Assembly (NCBI GenBank): GCA_964016885.1
Contig: OZ024755.1
Coordinates: 34,410,001 to 34,474,000, forward strand
Direction: 5' to 3'
Origin: Eledone cirrhosa
Taxonomy: Eukaryota
DNA: 64,000 nt
The position numbers and the translations under genes are program-made. Shown here one piece after another: positions 51,196 through 64,000 of this stretch; positions within the stretch are counted from its first letter, which is position 1; each line of letters starts with the position of its first letter. The notes under the pieces are model-generated. The model was not told the DNA's origin and did no database searches. It saw nothing but the letters and a program-made list of their open reading frames with translations.

Positions 51196-52319
51196 CATAT
51201 AGATATTTAACAACACTATACTTTATTACAAATACGCTTTCACGACACTAATCTTTATAATTATACACAGAAAAACACACAAATATACTTGATACAGAGA
51301 ATGTCTATCATAGTGATAGCATCACTAGTTTAGCTGTCTATGTATCAATTCTTTGTTTATATTTTGCTGTGAAATTACTTAACTAAATCTTTTATGTTCA
51401 TAATCTTTGATGACATCACTGATTGTCTAGCTTAGATGGTATTTTTATACATGAAACAGCTGCAGATGCTTTTATCAAACAAGTCCACTTCCCTGGTGGT
51501 GTCAGCCCTCTGTCCTCTTTCATATTTCTCTCTCTTTCTCTCTCTGTATATATATATATATATATATATATTAAAATAACAGATTAAAGTTTAAGCAAAG
51601 AATCTCTGCTTTCACCCTTAACGTTTGTTTAAACTTTAATCTGTTATTTTAATAAATATTTGCTCTAAGGTTCTTATATATTTGATAATATTTATCCTTA
51701 TCGAGGAGCCCTCTTTGGATTTTAGTCTTCAAATTTATTATTATTACTATATATATATATATATATATTATTATATTTGGGGAAGGTCATATTGTTACAA
51801 TATTGCCAGAAATATATAATAAAATACACTCACTGTTTGGTTTGGATTGGTTTTTGCTTCTGTATATTTTATATCTCCATAGTTAATTTAACTGACAATC
51901 AATGTTTATCATTGATTGGCCAACAGTTGAAGATATATATATATATATATATATATAGTCTATCAAAGTTCTTTCATCACACACTGTGACATCATCAGTG
52001 GTACTATTCTGTTTCCTCCAATTGTATTATAATGTATATTCTATAATTATATATTTATTGCAATATTATAACAATATGACCCTCCCCAAATGAAACAACA
52101 TTTGTTTCAACACACGATTTCATATCATAAACCTTGCAAAACAAATATATATATATATATATATTGATCTCATCCACTGTCACTTACTGATATCACTAGC
52201 AAACCTTATAGTCCAAATTTATTGTATCGTCTTTGTTGTTGATCTTTAGTTTGATTATAATTATTATTTTCTGTTTTCAATATTTTTCCCCTCTATCATG
52301 AACATGGAATCTTGCTAAC

Positions 52320-52765
52320 AGCACCATCACCACCACAACCTCTACCACCACCATCACCACTACTACCACCCACATCACCACCACCACTGCCACCACCACC
52401 ATCAATATCACAACTACCACCACCACCACTATCATCATCATCATCAATATCACCATTACCACCACTACCACCACCATCACTATTACCACCACCACCACCA
52501 TCACCACTACCCCCAGCTGCTAGCACCATCATCACCACTACTACCACCTACACCACCCACACCACTACCATCATCAATATCACCATTATCACCACTGCCA
52601 CCACCACCACTACTACTACCATCCCCCACGCCACCACCACCAATATCACCACTACTCCACACCACTTCCACCACCATCACCAATACCACTACTACCACCA
52701 ATACCACCACCATCACCACTACCACCACACCACCACCATCATTAGTATCATTATCATCATCAACG
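52320..52765. repeat. (CAC)n/(CAT)n low-complexity block
   Basis: Directly visible. Confidence 0.95.
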
Positions 52766-53573
52766 ACATTTACATTATCTTAAATATCAGAAACAAAAAT
52801 CAATATTTATGTCATACACACAAAAAAAAAAAACCTTCCTCCCTCATAATAATCATTTTTATCATCATCGTCATCATCATTGTCTTTGTCATCAGCCCTC
52901 ACATCATCCCTCTTGTAATCAGCTCCATCTTTACCGCAACACTAACAACCTCCTTTTTTATGCCACTCCATCCACAGACTCTAATCAGTAAACACCATCT
53001 CAGCAAACCATCTACACCACTATAACCTTTCACCCCATTACCAGACTATTTACCACTGACAACATTAACCATTATGTCTCACAAGAGAACCTCTAAGAGG
53101 GCCACCATTGAGTTGCAGCATCAGCAAAACCATTCAAAGGCCACGCTAATGTTGTTTTGTTTTGTTTTGTTTTGTTTTGTTTTTAAAGAAAGAAACTGGA
53201 TAAAGTATTGTTGGATAATGTTGATGATATGGAGAAGGGAGACTGGTATGCATGAGTGACTGCTGGTCTTCCACAAACAACCTTGCCCGGACTTGTGTCT
53301 CAGAGGGGTACCTTCTAGGTGAAAATCCCATGGTCATTTGCGACTGAAGGGTGTCTTTCCCCTTAATATATATAATTATATATAGAATCTAATTCTCTAC
53401 TCACACAAGATCACTTTTCTCACTATTTAACATATTAGTGTGCACTGTTTTCCATTGGGTTGGTATCTTAATGATACTGGCTTAATTAAAGCATTTGAGT
53501 CAGTGGGAAAATGATTGAAGATTTTCGGTAATATCTAATGACTTTGTTTCAGTATTATTATTATTATTATTAT

Positions 53574-53962
53574 GGTGGTGGATTGGCAGTATCGGTAGAG
53601 GGTTGGACGCCATGCTTTCCAGCATAGTTACGTCCCTTCACGATCTGAGTTCAAATCCCGCCGAGGTTGACTTTGCCTTTCATCCTTACGGGGTCGATAA
53701 AATAAAGTACCAGTAATGCACTGGGTAATTGCTGGCCTTGTGCCTAAAGTAGAAACAATTATTATTATGGTGGTGGATTGGCAGTATCAGTAGAGAGTCG
53801 GACGCCATGCTTTGACGCATAGAGTTACGGCCCTTGCCATTCTGAGTTCAAATCCCGCCAAGGTTAACTTTGCCTTTCATCCTTACTGGGGTCGATAAAA
53901 TAAAGTACCAGTAATGCATTGGATAATTGCTGGCTTTGTGCCAAAAGTAGAAACAATTATTA
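53574..53962 (+). mobile_element. Two head-to-tail family A SINEs
   Basis: Copies at 53574-53768 and 53769-53962, separated by (ATT)n. Confidence 0.93.
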
Positions 53963-53965
53963 TTT

Positions 53966-54040
<75 letters not shown>

Positions 54041-55138
54041 CTAGATTCAGTACCCGGTAATACCCGGGAAAGGTAGGGTTATTTGCCGTTCCCAGAGTGC
54101 GCCTGAAAATGCTAGCGATCAATTTTTTGTGTGGAACTATCAATAGCTGTTTAAGTCATAAGTCCTTCTTCCATCCAGCCTTCTTCATTCAGAGTGAATA
54201 AGCCAGAGAAGTTTGAGCTCGAAGAGTATCAAACTTATTCAACAAACTTTTGTATAAGAATAGCAAACTTACTGCCTTAGCGCTCAAGAACAAACAGAGA
54301 ACAATTGAGGAAGTTATCATAAGTATTGAAGAAATTATAACCGAGTGAACATATTCAAGTACTGTTCAAGCACCCTGTATATCACCATTTGTAAAGCCCC
54401 TCAAATGACTGAAGCATTCAATAAAACCATCCTGCTTTCCCCCTATAGTAGACATAACCTGAGAAAACACACCATAATAAGTCGGATAAATAATCAGAAG
54501 TGTTGGCCCTAAAGAGGGCCTTGTAACGTTCACTGTTGCAAAGTATCAATAATGGGGGAGAAGTTACATCTTCTTAATTCGTGTTAATCTTCCCACGACC
54601 CGACACCCCGAAATATCGACAAAATAAACTCTACTCTCGTGTAAAAATATTGAAACAAACAGTCGTGTAAAAATATTGAAACAAACAAATTTAACAATCG
54701 AAATCCCCAAGAGGGGCGGAGGCACCACAAATGGGTTGTTTAATACCCCATAGATAGAACAACCCTCAACTTCAGGAGAGTGTTGTGCAAGTGCTCCTTT
54801 CTTTCTTTTGCTCTCTTCTTCAACCTACAGGTTTATATACAGAGAAAGCCCAATCACTCGGGCCATTTTTGCCACATTCACCCACCTTTCAGTAAATTTA
54901 CTGGGGTGCAGTGCCTCTCTCTCCACTCTGATTCTCCTTCTAAAGTGATATAAATGAAGTAAAGGTCCAGGAAAATTATAGATTATATTTTTGTTTTTAA
55001 AATCCACTGTCAATAAATACACCAGGATTTTTTCATTCTGATGACTGAAAGCAAATTTTGTTTGCTTTCAAGAAACCACTGCTAAATGAAATAATTATCT
55101 TATGTTGTTTATTACATAACTATATATATATATATAGA
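54041..55138 (-). mobile_element. Putative non-autonomous Helitron
   Basis: Minus strand 3' end CCCGGGTATTACCGGG hairpin then CTAG|T at 54041; candidate 5' end A|TCTATATATA at 55138. Confidence 0.6.
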
Positions 55139-55139
55139 T

Positions 55140-55456
55140 AGATAGATAGGCAGAGAGGGGGAAAGAGAGAGTAAGAGATAAACAGAAATGTAGGCGTAGA
55201 GAGAGAGAGGGAGGGGGAATGAAAGGTAGAGGGGGAATGAAAGGTAGAGAGAGAGGGGGAGGTAGAGAGAGAGAGAGAGAGAGAGAGGGGGGAAAGGTAG
55301 AGAGAGAGAGAAAGAGAGGGAATGAAAGGTAGAGAGAGAGAAAAAGAGAAGGAATGAAAGGTAGAGAGAGAGAAAAAGAGAGGGAATGAAAGGTAGAGAG
55401 AGAGAAAAAGAGAAGGAATGAAAGGTAGAGAGAGAGAAAAAGAGAAGGAATGAAAG

Positions 55457-55514
<58 letters not shown>

Positions 55515-55593
55515 CAAGAGTGATACAAATATACAAAAGCATAGACATAGAGATAGAAGGGATAGGCTGAAAGATAGATTGAAAGATAAAGAG

Positions 55594-55645
<52 letters not shown>
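55140..55645. repeat. (GA)n-rich block with ~32-bp GAATGAAAGGTAGAGAG-containing units
   Basis: Directly visible. Confidence 0.9.
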
Positions 55646-55646
<1 letters not shown>

Positions 55647-56106
55647 TGGTGGTGGTGGGGAATGGAGTGAAATATAACAGTGCTGTGTCTTCTGCTCAAA
55701 ACTTGGGATTGAAACAACGAATGAAACCAAGTACACTGATGACAATAGCCATAGACAAGTTACTCTGACAAGTTAGGATGTGAAATTAATAAGCTCCCAG
55801 GGGACATTTATTAACACTAGCTGTTAGGTGTCTTTTTTTCTCTTCATTTTACATTCTCTATTTCATAAATGTCAACATGAATAATGGTCTTTTCTATCTC
55901 TTCATATGCTATCGCCTATAACTGTTTCAGCTCGCTTACCTCCCCTTTCTTCCTTCTTCTGTCTCCACTCTTTTATCTTTATCTCCCATGTCCACCATCT
56001 TGTTCTCATCTCCAACCAGTCTTGCTCTCTTTCATTGCTAATCATTATTTATTTATAATGAAACTAGAATAATTACATTTTAATCATTAACAAAAACCAA
56101 ACGAGA

Positions 56107-56141
<35 letters not shown>

Positions 56142-56162
56142 AAGTGTAATCAGCACTATATA

Positions 56163-56193
<31 letters not shown>

Positions 56194-56261
56194 GCATACA
56201 TATATATACACACACATATATATATACACACACATATATATATACACACACATATATATAT

Positions 56262-56292
<31 letters not shown>

Positions 56293-56398
56293 CACACATG
56301 CATATATATATGTCTATATATATCCATATATACACATATATATACATATATACATATGCAAGCAAGGAAAAGCAGATGTAAAATGATGATGATGATGA

Positions 56399-56444
<46 letters not shown>

Positions 56445-56818
56445 TACAGAAGTGTACACACAAACTCACACACAAACATGCAGACACATATACATATATA
56501 AACATATCATCATCACTTTATATCCACTTTCCTTGATTGCTTAGTTTGGACAGATTTTCATGGTCTTAGACTAGACGGGGCGGGAGGCACATCTTGCTCA
56601 TACATTCCATATTTAGCATGATTTCTACAGCTAGATACATTTTCTAATGCTAACCACTTAATAGAGTGAACATGTTACAAGCACTATCACTTTACAGAGT
56701 GTATTGGGTGAATTTTATCATGGTAAAGAACTAACACTTTTCAGAGTGCACTGGGTGCATTTTAACATGGTACCAGAACTGCCACTTGACAAAGTGTACT
56801 GAGTGTATTATCTATATA

Positions 56819-57979
56819 CAGAGCTGCTCAGTTTTTTTGAGAACAGTTGCATGCATTTAGAAACAAATGCATTAGTGATGAAAGAAGAGCTTTATGTAAG
56901 AAAAATTTACTTGAATAATCTAGAGACTCTTCTTGGGGCATTTATTCAGTGAATCCACAGTTAGCACCAATGAGTGTTTCAATATGAGGTCTGAAATGTT
57001 GACATGCTATATTCAGACAATCTTTATCTATTTTGGACATCTTGATTATGCTCCATATGTAGTAGGCCAACAGATCTAGGTCTGGAGAGAAAGGAAGCCA
57101 AATGTTTGCGGTGACATGATGGTAGAGTTTGTAACTCACTCATTCTTGGCTTGTCTTGGACTTATGAGACAGCACAGAGTCTTGTTGGTAGGTGTTCTGT
57201 GTTCTATTACTCACGCTCTCTATCGAAGACTTCACAGCCTTCTCCCAAACCACTTTATAGTTAGCAGGATTGATCCTTAAGCACTGAAGAAAGATGTGAG
57301 TAGGTATGACATCTCACTCATTGCTCACAACTCCCAGAACCATCACAGATGCTTGAAACGTTCTATACATGACCATCGGAACATCTTTAGGGTCTCCACA
57401 TAAACCATCTGTCATTCCTTTGGTTGACCTTTTGGTTCTGATCAAAGATTTTCTCATCAGAGAAAATCCAAAGCCTGTCAGCCTCTTGAACTTTCAACTT
57501 GCTCAGCAAGTGCTTTGCCTAGATTAGATGGTTATTTTTTGTCTTTGTAGACATGAATTGGCCTCTCAGTATCATATATGACTTGTGTCAAAGGTCCTTA
57601 TGCAGGATTCTTCTGATAGTGTGCTTTGAAATCTTAGATCCATAGTAATGGTTCTAATTGACTTTCTGGGTTCTTATTAATATAAACTTGAGTGTTCTAA
57701 TTGTATTAGGACCCTTAGCAGGTATTTTATGTTTGGCTACTGCTGTAGAATCCCTGGCAGCAGCTTCCTGCTCTTTGCGAACTTTGACAATGAACGGACA
57801 TGCAACTTTCAGGAAGTGAGCAATCTCTAATTAACTATGCTCTTACTTTAAGGCAATGAATACATCATGCTTTTTCATTTGCTGAGTTAGCTTGATGTCT
57901 GTCATCATTTATCTGAAAATGAAAGTTATGAAAATGTTAGAGCTACTTAAAGATGTCCTAAAAAAACCGAGCAACCCTA
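56819..57979 (-). mobile_element. Tc1/mariner DD37D (maT-like) transposon, decayed
   Basis: TA-flanked TIRs CAGAGCTGCTCAGTTTTTTT and AAAAAAACCGAGCAACCCTA; FSDEK, SVMVLGVVS, YQQDS..(37 aa)..WLPFSPDLDLLA; stops present. Confidence 0.88.
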
Positions 57980-58422
57980 TATATAGATGTGAGAGTGTTC
58001 AGAAAGTTAATGGAAAACAACACATCAAATGAAGATATACATATATGCCATAAAATGCCATTTTATATGCCATAAAATGAAGATATACGTATATGCCATA
58101 AAATGTTATTTTATATGCCATAAAATGAAGATATACGTATATTTACACTTGAGATAGAAGGAAAAGATTCTTAACATTTCAGATGCTAGTCCTTCATCTG
58201 AAGTTAGAATGAGAAATAATAAAAGAAATAGAAAGCTAGAGGAGAGTGAGAGGAAGAAGAAACAAAAACAAATTTTGCCTTAGAAGGGATTTTCTAGGTG
58301 CAAAATCCATGGTCATTTTTGACAGACGGGATCTTATATATACAGGTATACATATACATGTGCACCATTTTGCACATACAAATATACACATAAATATACA
58401 TATACATATATATATATTAAAT

Positions 58423-58765
58423 AATTGTTTCTACCTTTGGCACAAGGCCAGCAATTATCCCAGTGTATTACTGGTACTTTATTTTATCGACCCCGTAAGG
58501 ATGAAAGGCAAAGTTTACCTCAGCAGGATTTGAACTCAGACCATAAAGGGGCGTAACTCTATGCTGCAAAGCATGGCGTCCAACCCTCTACTGATACTGC
58601 CAATCCACTGCCAATATAATAATAGTTATAGGCACAAGGCCCGTAATTTGGGAGGAGGGGGAAAGTCGATTAAATCGACCCCAGTGTGTGACCGGTACTT
58701 TATTTTATCTACCCCGTAAGGATGAAAGGCAAAGTTAACCTCGGCGGGATTTGAACTCAGATCGT
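58423..58765 (-). mobile_element. Two family A SINEs
   Basis: 58423-58612 full length; 58628-58765 partial hairpin-tail variant. Confidence 0.88.
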
Positions 58766-59354
58766 ACGTGTTATAATATAATGGATGCTAACCGGACATT
58801 TGAAAATTTTAAAGAAGTGAATCTTGAAATAAGCAATAAAATTATTTATATTTAATCAAGAATTACGAAAAAGGAGAAAATTAACGACGGAAATATAAAT
58901 ATGATATAACAATGCAAATATATGAACGTTTATATAAGGGATATGATATAGCGTCCGTTATATCAAACCCAGAAGTTTTGACATTTGAAAATTTTAAAAG
59001 AAGTGAATCTTAAAATAAGCAATCATTATATATAAGAATATTTATGTTTAATCAACAGCTACGGAATATAGTACATAAATTATGTAATATTCATTATTTA
59101 TTCAAAGTAATCCAACTTATTTTACAAACGGCACAAAAAAATATATTCTGGACGCAGTCCCGCACTCGTCCCTTTATTATATTATGATTTGGTATTTTTC
59201 TAATCTAACTCAATAACTATGACTCATAGTAAAACCTACTAATGACCATACAATATATCATCATAAATTATGCAATAGGCAAAAAATACAGCAAACTCTA
59301 AATCTAAATGTATCCAAGAGAGCTACTCTATGCACTCTTCATACAAAGTCTTCT

Positions 59355-59570
59355 TTAACCCTTTAGCATTTAAAACAGCCATATCCAGCCAGACTTCTCT
59401 CACCACTTTCTGTTCAAACTGGCCATAACTGGCTGTGCATACTGACATTAAAGTATTGTTCTCAAAATAAATTATATTAAAATCTTGTAGATTCAATGTT
59501 ATGTGAGATAAAGCCTTTGCTACAAAAATACAATAGTATATATAGAGTAATGTAAATGCTAAAGGGTTAA
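59355..59570 (-). mobile_element. piggyBac-like MITE (full length)
   Basis: TTAA|CCCTTTAGCATTTA...TAAATGCTAAAGGG|TTAA. Confidence 0.93.
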
Positions 59571-59792
59571 TCCACTCTTACACTGAGCCAATGAGAATGC
59601 CTCCATGTGGTTAATTGACCCGCTAAAAATAGCAATATAATCTCCCTCAAGCATCTTAAAAAATTATGGAATGACATATCACACAACATAGATGACCGTC
59701 TCCAGCTCACACTGGACCGATTTTGGCTAGGTTTCTATGGCTCAATGCCCTTCTTAATACCAAAAACATTTAAAGTATGTACAGGGTGCCTT

Positions 59793-59955
59793 TCAACCCT
59801 TTAGCATTTACATTACTCTATATTTACTATTATATTTTCGCAGTAAACACTTTATCTAACATAATATCAAACCTATACATCCAGTTACAACCAGTTTGAA
59901 CAGAAAGTGAGAGAATTCTGGCTGGATATGGCTGGTTTAAATACTAAAGGGTTAA
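59793..59955 (+). mobile_element. piggyBac-like MITE with internal deletion
   Basis: Both termini present, shorter body. Confidence 0.85.
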
Positions 59956-60240
59956 ACATTGTTTGATGAAAAATAAAAAAAAGAAATGGATGGTCACATG
60001 TGAAATGCCTTGGATTATTGGTCCACTGAATCAGAGATGACGTGCAGCTAGACAATTACAACAACAACTTGCTAATGAGAAGTTAATGCACACTTGTTAA
60101 ATTAGAACTAACGGAAAATTGAAAATCAACAACTGAAAAAGCCATGTTCTAATTAGAAAAATCACTATAGATCTTTGTTACAACCATTTTGGAGTTTTCT
60201 GTATTGGCATTAATTACTAGAAGTTCTGTAATATTCCTAA

Positions 60241-60254
60241 GTTGCCATGGTAAT
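60241..60254. promoter_or_regulatory. RFX X-box-like motif GTTGCCATGGTAAT
   Basis: One mismatch from GTTGCCATGGTAAC; in unique sequence; motif match only. Confidence 0.3.
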
Positions 60255-60469
60255 TTGTTGCAAGATTGAAATATTAATAAATGTCTTTTACTTATTAAGG
60301 AAAATGGTAAGGTATTATTTTATATTTTTATATTTTTAATTCTCGAGTTCTTTGTTTGATTCTCAGTTATACTTTTTCAATTTTTTTTTTTTCATCTCTT
60401 GTATAATATTTCCTTTAGAAATTTTATTAAAGTGAAGCGAAAGCATTGGTTCATTTTGATGAGAAGAGG

Positions 60470-61557
60470 TGGAGGAAGACGTAGAGAGGAGAAGGAAGAC
60501 GTGGAGAGGAGAAGGAAGACGTGGAGAGGAGAAGGAAGACGTGGAGAGGAGAAGGAAGACGTGGAGAGGAGAAGGAAGACGTGGAGAGGAGAAGGCAGAC
60601 GTGGAGAGGAGAAGGAAGACGTGGAGAGGAGAAGGAAGACGTGGAGAGGAGAAGGAAGACGTGGAGAGGAGAAGGAAAACATGGAGAGGAGAAGGTAGAC
60701 GTGGAGAGGAGAAGGAAGACGTGGAGAGGAGAAGGAAGACGTGGAGAGGAGAAGGAAAACGTGGAGAGGAGAAGGTAGACGTGGAGAGGAGAAGGAAGAC
60801 GTGGAGAGGAGAAGGAAGACGTGGAGAGGAGAAGGAAGACGTGGAGAGGAGAAGGCAGACGTGCAGAGGAGAAGGAAGACGTGGAGAGAAGAAGGAAGAC
60901 GTGGAGAGAAGGAAGACGTGGAGAGGAGAAGGAAGACGTGGAGAGGAGAAGGAAGACGTGGAGAGGAGAAGGCAGACGTGCAGAGGAGAAGGAAGACGTG
61001 GAGAGGAGAAGGAAGACGTGGAGAGGAGAAGGAAGACGTGGAGAGGAGAAGGAAGACGTGGAGAGGAGAAGGAAAACGTGGAGAGGAGAAGGAAAACGTG
61101 GAGAGGAGAAGGAAGACGTGGAGAGGAGAAGGAAGACGTGGAGAGGAGAAGGAAGACGTGGAGAGGAGAAGGAAGACGTGGAGAGGAGAAGGAAGACATG
61201 GAGAGGAGAAGGCAGACGTGCAGAGGAGAAGGAAGACGTGGAGAGGAGAAGGAAGACGTGGAGAGGAGAAGGAAGACGTGGAGAGGAGAAGGAAGACGTG
61301 GAGAGGAGAGGGAAGACGTGGAGAGGAGAGGGAAGACGTGGAGAGGAGTAGGAAGACGTGGAGAGGAGAAGGAAGACGTGGAGAGGAGAAGGAAGACGTG
61401 GAGAGAAGAAGGAAGACGTGGAGAGGAGAAGGAAGACGTGGAGAGGAGAAGGAAGACGTGGAGAGGAGAAGGCAGACGTGGAGAGGAGAAGGAAGACGTG
61501 GAGAGGAGAAGGAAGACGTGGAGAGGAGAAGGAAGACGTGGAGAGGAGAAGGAAGAT
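60470..61557. repeat. 20-bp purine-rich minisatellite GTGGAGAGGAGAAGGAAGAC (~54 units)
   Basis: Directly visible. Confidence 0.98.
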
Positions 61558-61584
61558 AGAGGAGAAGGAGAGGCAATGTGAAGT

Positions 61585-64000
61585 GTGTGTGTATAGATTA
61601 ACACAGACATGTGTGTGTATAGATTAACACAGACATGTGTGTGTATAGATTAACACAGACATGTGTGTATAGATTAACACGGACGTGTGTGTATAGATTA
61701 ACACAGACATGTGTGTGTATAGATCAACACAGACGTGTGTGTATAGATTAATACAGACATGTGTGTATAGATTAACACAGACATGTGTGTATAGATTAAC
61801 GCAAGGCATGTGTGTGTATAGATTAACACAGACATGTGTGTGTATAGATTAAGACAGACATGTGTGTGTATAGATTAACACAGACGTGTGTATAGATTAA
61901 CACAGACATGTGTGTGTATAGATTAACACAGACATGTGTGTGTATAGATTAACACAGACATGTGTGTGTATAGATTAACACAGACATATGTGTGTATAGA
62001 TTAACACAGACATGTGTGTATAGATTAACACAGACGTGTATATAGATTAACACAGACGTGTGTATAGATTAACACATACATGTGTGTATATATTAACACA
62101 GACATGTGTGTGTATAGATTAACACAGACGTGTGTATAGATTAACACAAACGTGTATGTATAGATTAACACAGACATGTGTGTGTATAGATTAACACAGA
62201 CATGTGTGTATAGATTAACACAGACGTGTGTATAGATTAACGCAGGCACGTGTATGTATAGATTAACACAGGCATGTGTGTGTATAGATTAACACAGACA
62301 TGTGTGTATATAGATTAACACAGACGTGTGTGTATAGATTAACACAGACATGTGTGTGTATAGATTAACACAGACATGTGTGTGTATAGATTAACACAGA
62401 CGTGTGTATATAGATTAACACAGACTTGTGTGTATAGATTAACACAGACGTGTGTATAGATTAACACAGACATGCGTGTGTATAGATTAACACAGACGTG
62501 TGTATATAGATTAACACAGACGTGTGTGTATAGATTAACACAGACATGTGTGTGTATAGATTAACACAGACGTGTGTATATAGATTAACACAGACGTGTG
62601 TGTATAGATTAACACAGACATGTGTCTATATAGATTAACACAGACGTGCGTGTGTATATACATTAACACAGACATGTGTATAGATTAACGCAGGCATGTG
62701 TGTGTATAGATTAACACAGACGTGTAAATAGATTAACACAGACGTGTGTGTATAGATTAACACAGACATGTGTGTGTATAGATTAACACAGACGTGTGTA
62801 TATAGATTAACACAGACATGTGTCTATATAGATTAACACAGACATGCATGTGTATATACATTAACACAGACATGTGTATAGATTAACGCAGGCATGTGTG
62901 TGTATAGATTAACACAGACGTGTAAATAGATTAACACAGACGTGTGTGTATAGATTAACACAGACATGTGTGTATAGATTAACACAGACATGTGTGTGTA
63001 TAGATTAACACAGACGTGTGTATATAGATTAACACAGACATGTGTGTGTATAGATTAACACAGACTTGTGTGTATATAGATTAACACAGGCATGTGTGTA
63101 TAGATTAACACAGACATGTGTGTATAGATTAACACAGACATGTGTGTGTATAGATTAACACAGACATGTGTGTATATAGATTAACACAGACATGTGTGTG
63201 TATAGATTAACACAGACATGTGTGTATATAGATTAACACAGGCATGTGTGTATAGATTAACACAGACATGTGTATATAGATTAACACAGATGTGTGTGTA
63301 TAGATTAACACAGACATGTGTGTGTATAGATTAACACAGACGTGTGTATATAGCTTAACACAGACATGTGTGTGTATAGATTAACACAGACATGTGTGTG
63401 TATAGATTAACACAGACGTGTGTATAGATTAACACAGGCATGTGTGTGTATAGATTAACGCAGGCATGTGTATATAAATTAACACAGACATGTGTGTATA
63501 GATTAACACAGACGTGTGTATAGATTAACAGACATGTGTGTATAGATTAACACAGACGTGTTTATAGATAACACAGACATGTGTGTATAGATTAACACAG
63601 ACGTGTTTATAGATAACACAGACATGTGTGTATAGATTAACACAGACGTGTGTGTATAGATTAACGCAGGCATGTGTGTGTATAGATTAACGCAGGCATG
63701 TGCATATAAATTAACACAGACATGTGTGTATAGATTAACACAGACGTGTTTATAAATAACACAGACATGTGTGTACATAGATTAACACAGACCTGTGTCT
63801 ATATAGATTAACACAGACGTGTGTGTATAGATTAACGCAGACGTGTGTGTATAGATTAACACAGACATGTGTGTGTGTATATAGATTAACGCAGGCATGT
63901 GTGTATATAGATTAACACAGGCATGTGTGTGTGTATAGATTAACACAGGCATGTGTGTGTATAGATTAACGCAGGCATGTGTATATAAATTAACACAGAC
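61585..64000. repeat. 24-28-bp minisatellite (GT)nATAGATTAACACAGAC(A/G)T, runs off the window
   Basis: Directly visible; unit length varies with the (GT)n number. Confidence 0.98.

Noticed and set aside
58165-58212. Hammerhead-like CAGATGA..GAAA on the minus strand (also GAAACATGTGTC at ~26585)
   Set aside because: Core is mutated and no convincing stem I could be formed
60363-61627. Arg/Glu-rich and Ser/Pro-rich ORFs
   Set aside because: Artefact of a stop-free 20-bp tandem unit

Overview
AT-rich, repeat-dominated eukaryotic DNA, probably from an octopus or other cephalopod. That assignment is an inference from the SINE families, the RTE LINE and the very long (TA)n/(GGT)n microsatellites. 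No host protein-coding gene can be supported; nearly all long ORFs in the track are microsatellite or minisatellite artefacts. Retrotransposons include a 5'-truncated RTE LINE with an embedded PHD-type finger plus many RTE fragments, CR1, Vingi-like and CRE-like LINE fragments, a decayed Ty3/Gypsy element and two abundant tRNA-derived SINE families. DNA transposons include a decayed Tigger/pogo transposase and a Tigger MITE, a DD37D (maT) Tc1/mariner element, about 15 copies of a TTAA-flanked piggyBac-like MITE and two putative non-autonomous Helitrons. Two patterns stand out. First, several short fold-back elements next to (TA)n tracts carry minimal type I hammerhead ribozyme motifs, a Penelope-like signature; the motif at 22134-22202 has an intact core. 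Second, several homogeneous tandem arrays were clearly amplified from pieces of transposons. All coordinates and family assignments were made by eye and are approximate.
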